A stretch of DNA of 64,000 nucleotides from Dendrobates tinctorius (Eukaryota): the NCBI RefSeq assembly GCF_039654945.1, contig NW_027361834.1:3968001-4032000 (forward strand), given 5' to 3'. The stretch's first letter is position 1. Every line of letters begins with the position of its first letter. Below, piece by piece: positions 63,318 to 64,000 of the stretch. The translations under genes and the position numbers were made by a program. The notes under the pieces were generated by a model, which had not been told where the DNA came from, did not search any database, and saw only the letters and a program-made list of their open reading frames with translations.

Positions 63318-64000
63318 CTAGAGCAGAAAGCAAATATGACAGGTGAGGGTTTGTTACAATGTAAGTTACACATGATGAGTGTGAATGAGAAATAAGCTGA
63401 GACATTGGGGCAGGGAGTCAATCATAGAGATACACTGTGTACTGTAGAGCGTATACTGTATACTGCAGAGTAATCCTATACAAAAAGAGAGCTGAGATCT
63501 GCCCCCTGCTGGTAAACTCTTACATTGCACTGTCAATCTCTGACAGCGGCATTTACAGCAGGTGACCTGGAGGCGAGCTGCTCTAAGCTCTCATCGCTCC
63601 CATTCCATGTCAGTGGTTTGCTATGGCTGCTGAGTGTCTGCGGAAGACTACTATCCTTGCCACTATGGTACTTCTGTGAAGGTCAGTGTGTAGCTTGGCT
63701 TCATAGTGGACCAAGATTTTTACCATATTCTGCAATGCCCATATTGCAGTACATAGTAATTACGATTATATAATCGCAAGTTCAGGTCCCTTATGGAGAC
63801 TAAAAAATAAAATAACAAAAATATTTGGGGAAAGAAAATTTTATATAAACATCACTTTTTCTCCATTCAAAATAAATAATAAAAAAACAAACTCAGATGG
63901 AATTGCAGTGTTTTTGTTGCCCCAACATCAGAAAAAAATGCAATAAGAAGCAATGAAAATTATTATCTGTCAGAAAGATGTAACCTTCCTAATCTGTTCT

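Overview
Repeat-dense vertebrate genomic DNA, most likely a frog; this is inferred from the mix of TE families and not verified. About 56 kb is a deeply nested stack of mobile elements. These include two L1-clade LINEs, L2 and CR1 3' ends, a V-SINE, four Penelope-like (PLE) pieces, a chromovirus Ty3/Gypsy element, an RT-less LTR element primed by tRNA-Ser, two Helitron copies, a Chapaev3-like DNA transposon, a Tc1 end, many MITEs and a ~3 kb palindrome. Hammerhead ribozymes occur in three of the PLE pieces (two intact types, each present twice, and one degenerate). The last ~7.5 kb holds the 3' part of a divergent MAST-family Ser/Thr kinase gene on the minus strand. Manual splicing gives 19 exons in one open frame: kinase C-lobe and AGC tail, then ten tandemly duplicated symmetric 78-81 nt exons encoding an acidic 27-aa repeat, then a polybasic Cys-rich last exon. 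No PDZ domain is visible. The ORF track misses this exon array, which is the strongest candidate for something undescribed. All coordinates were read by eye and may be off by a few bases.
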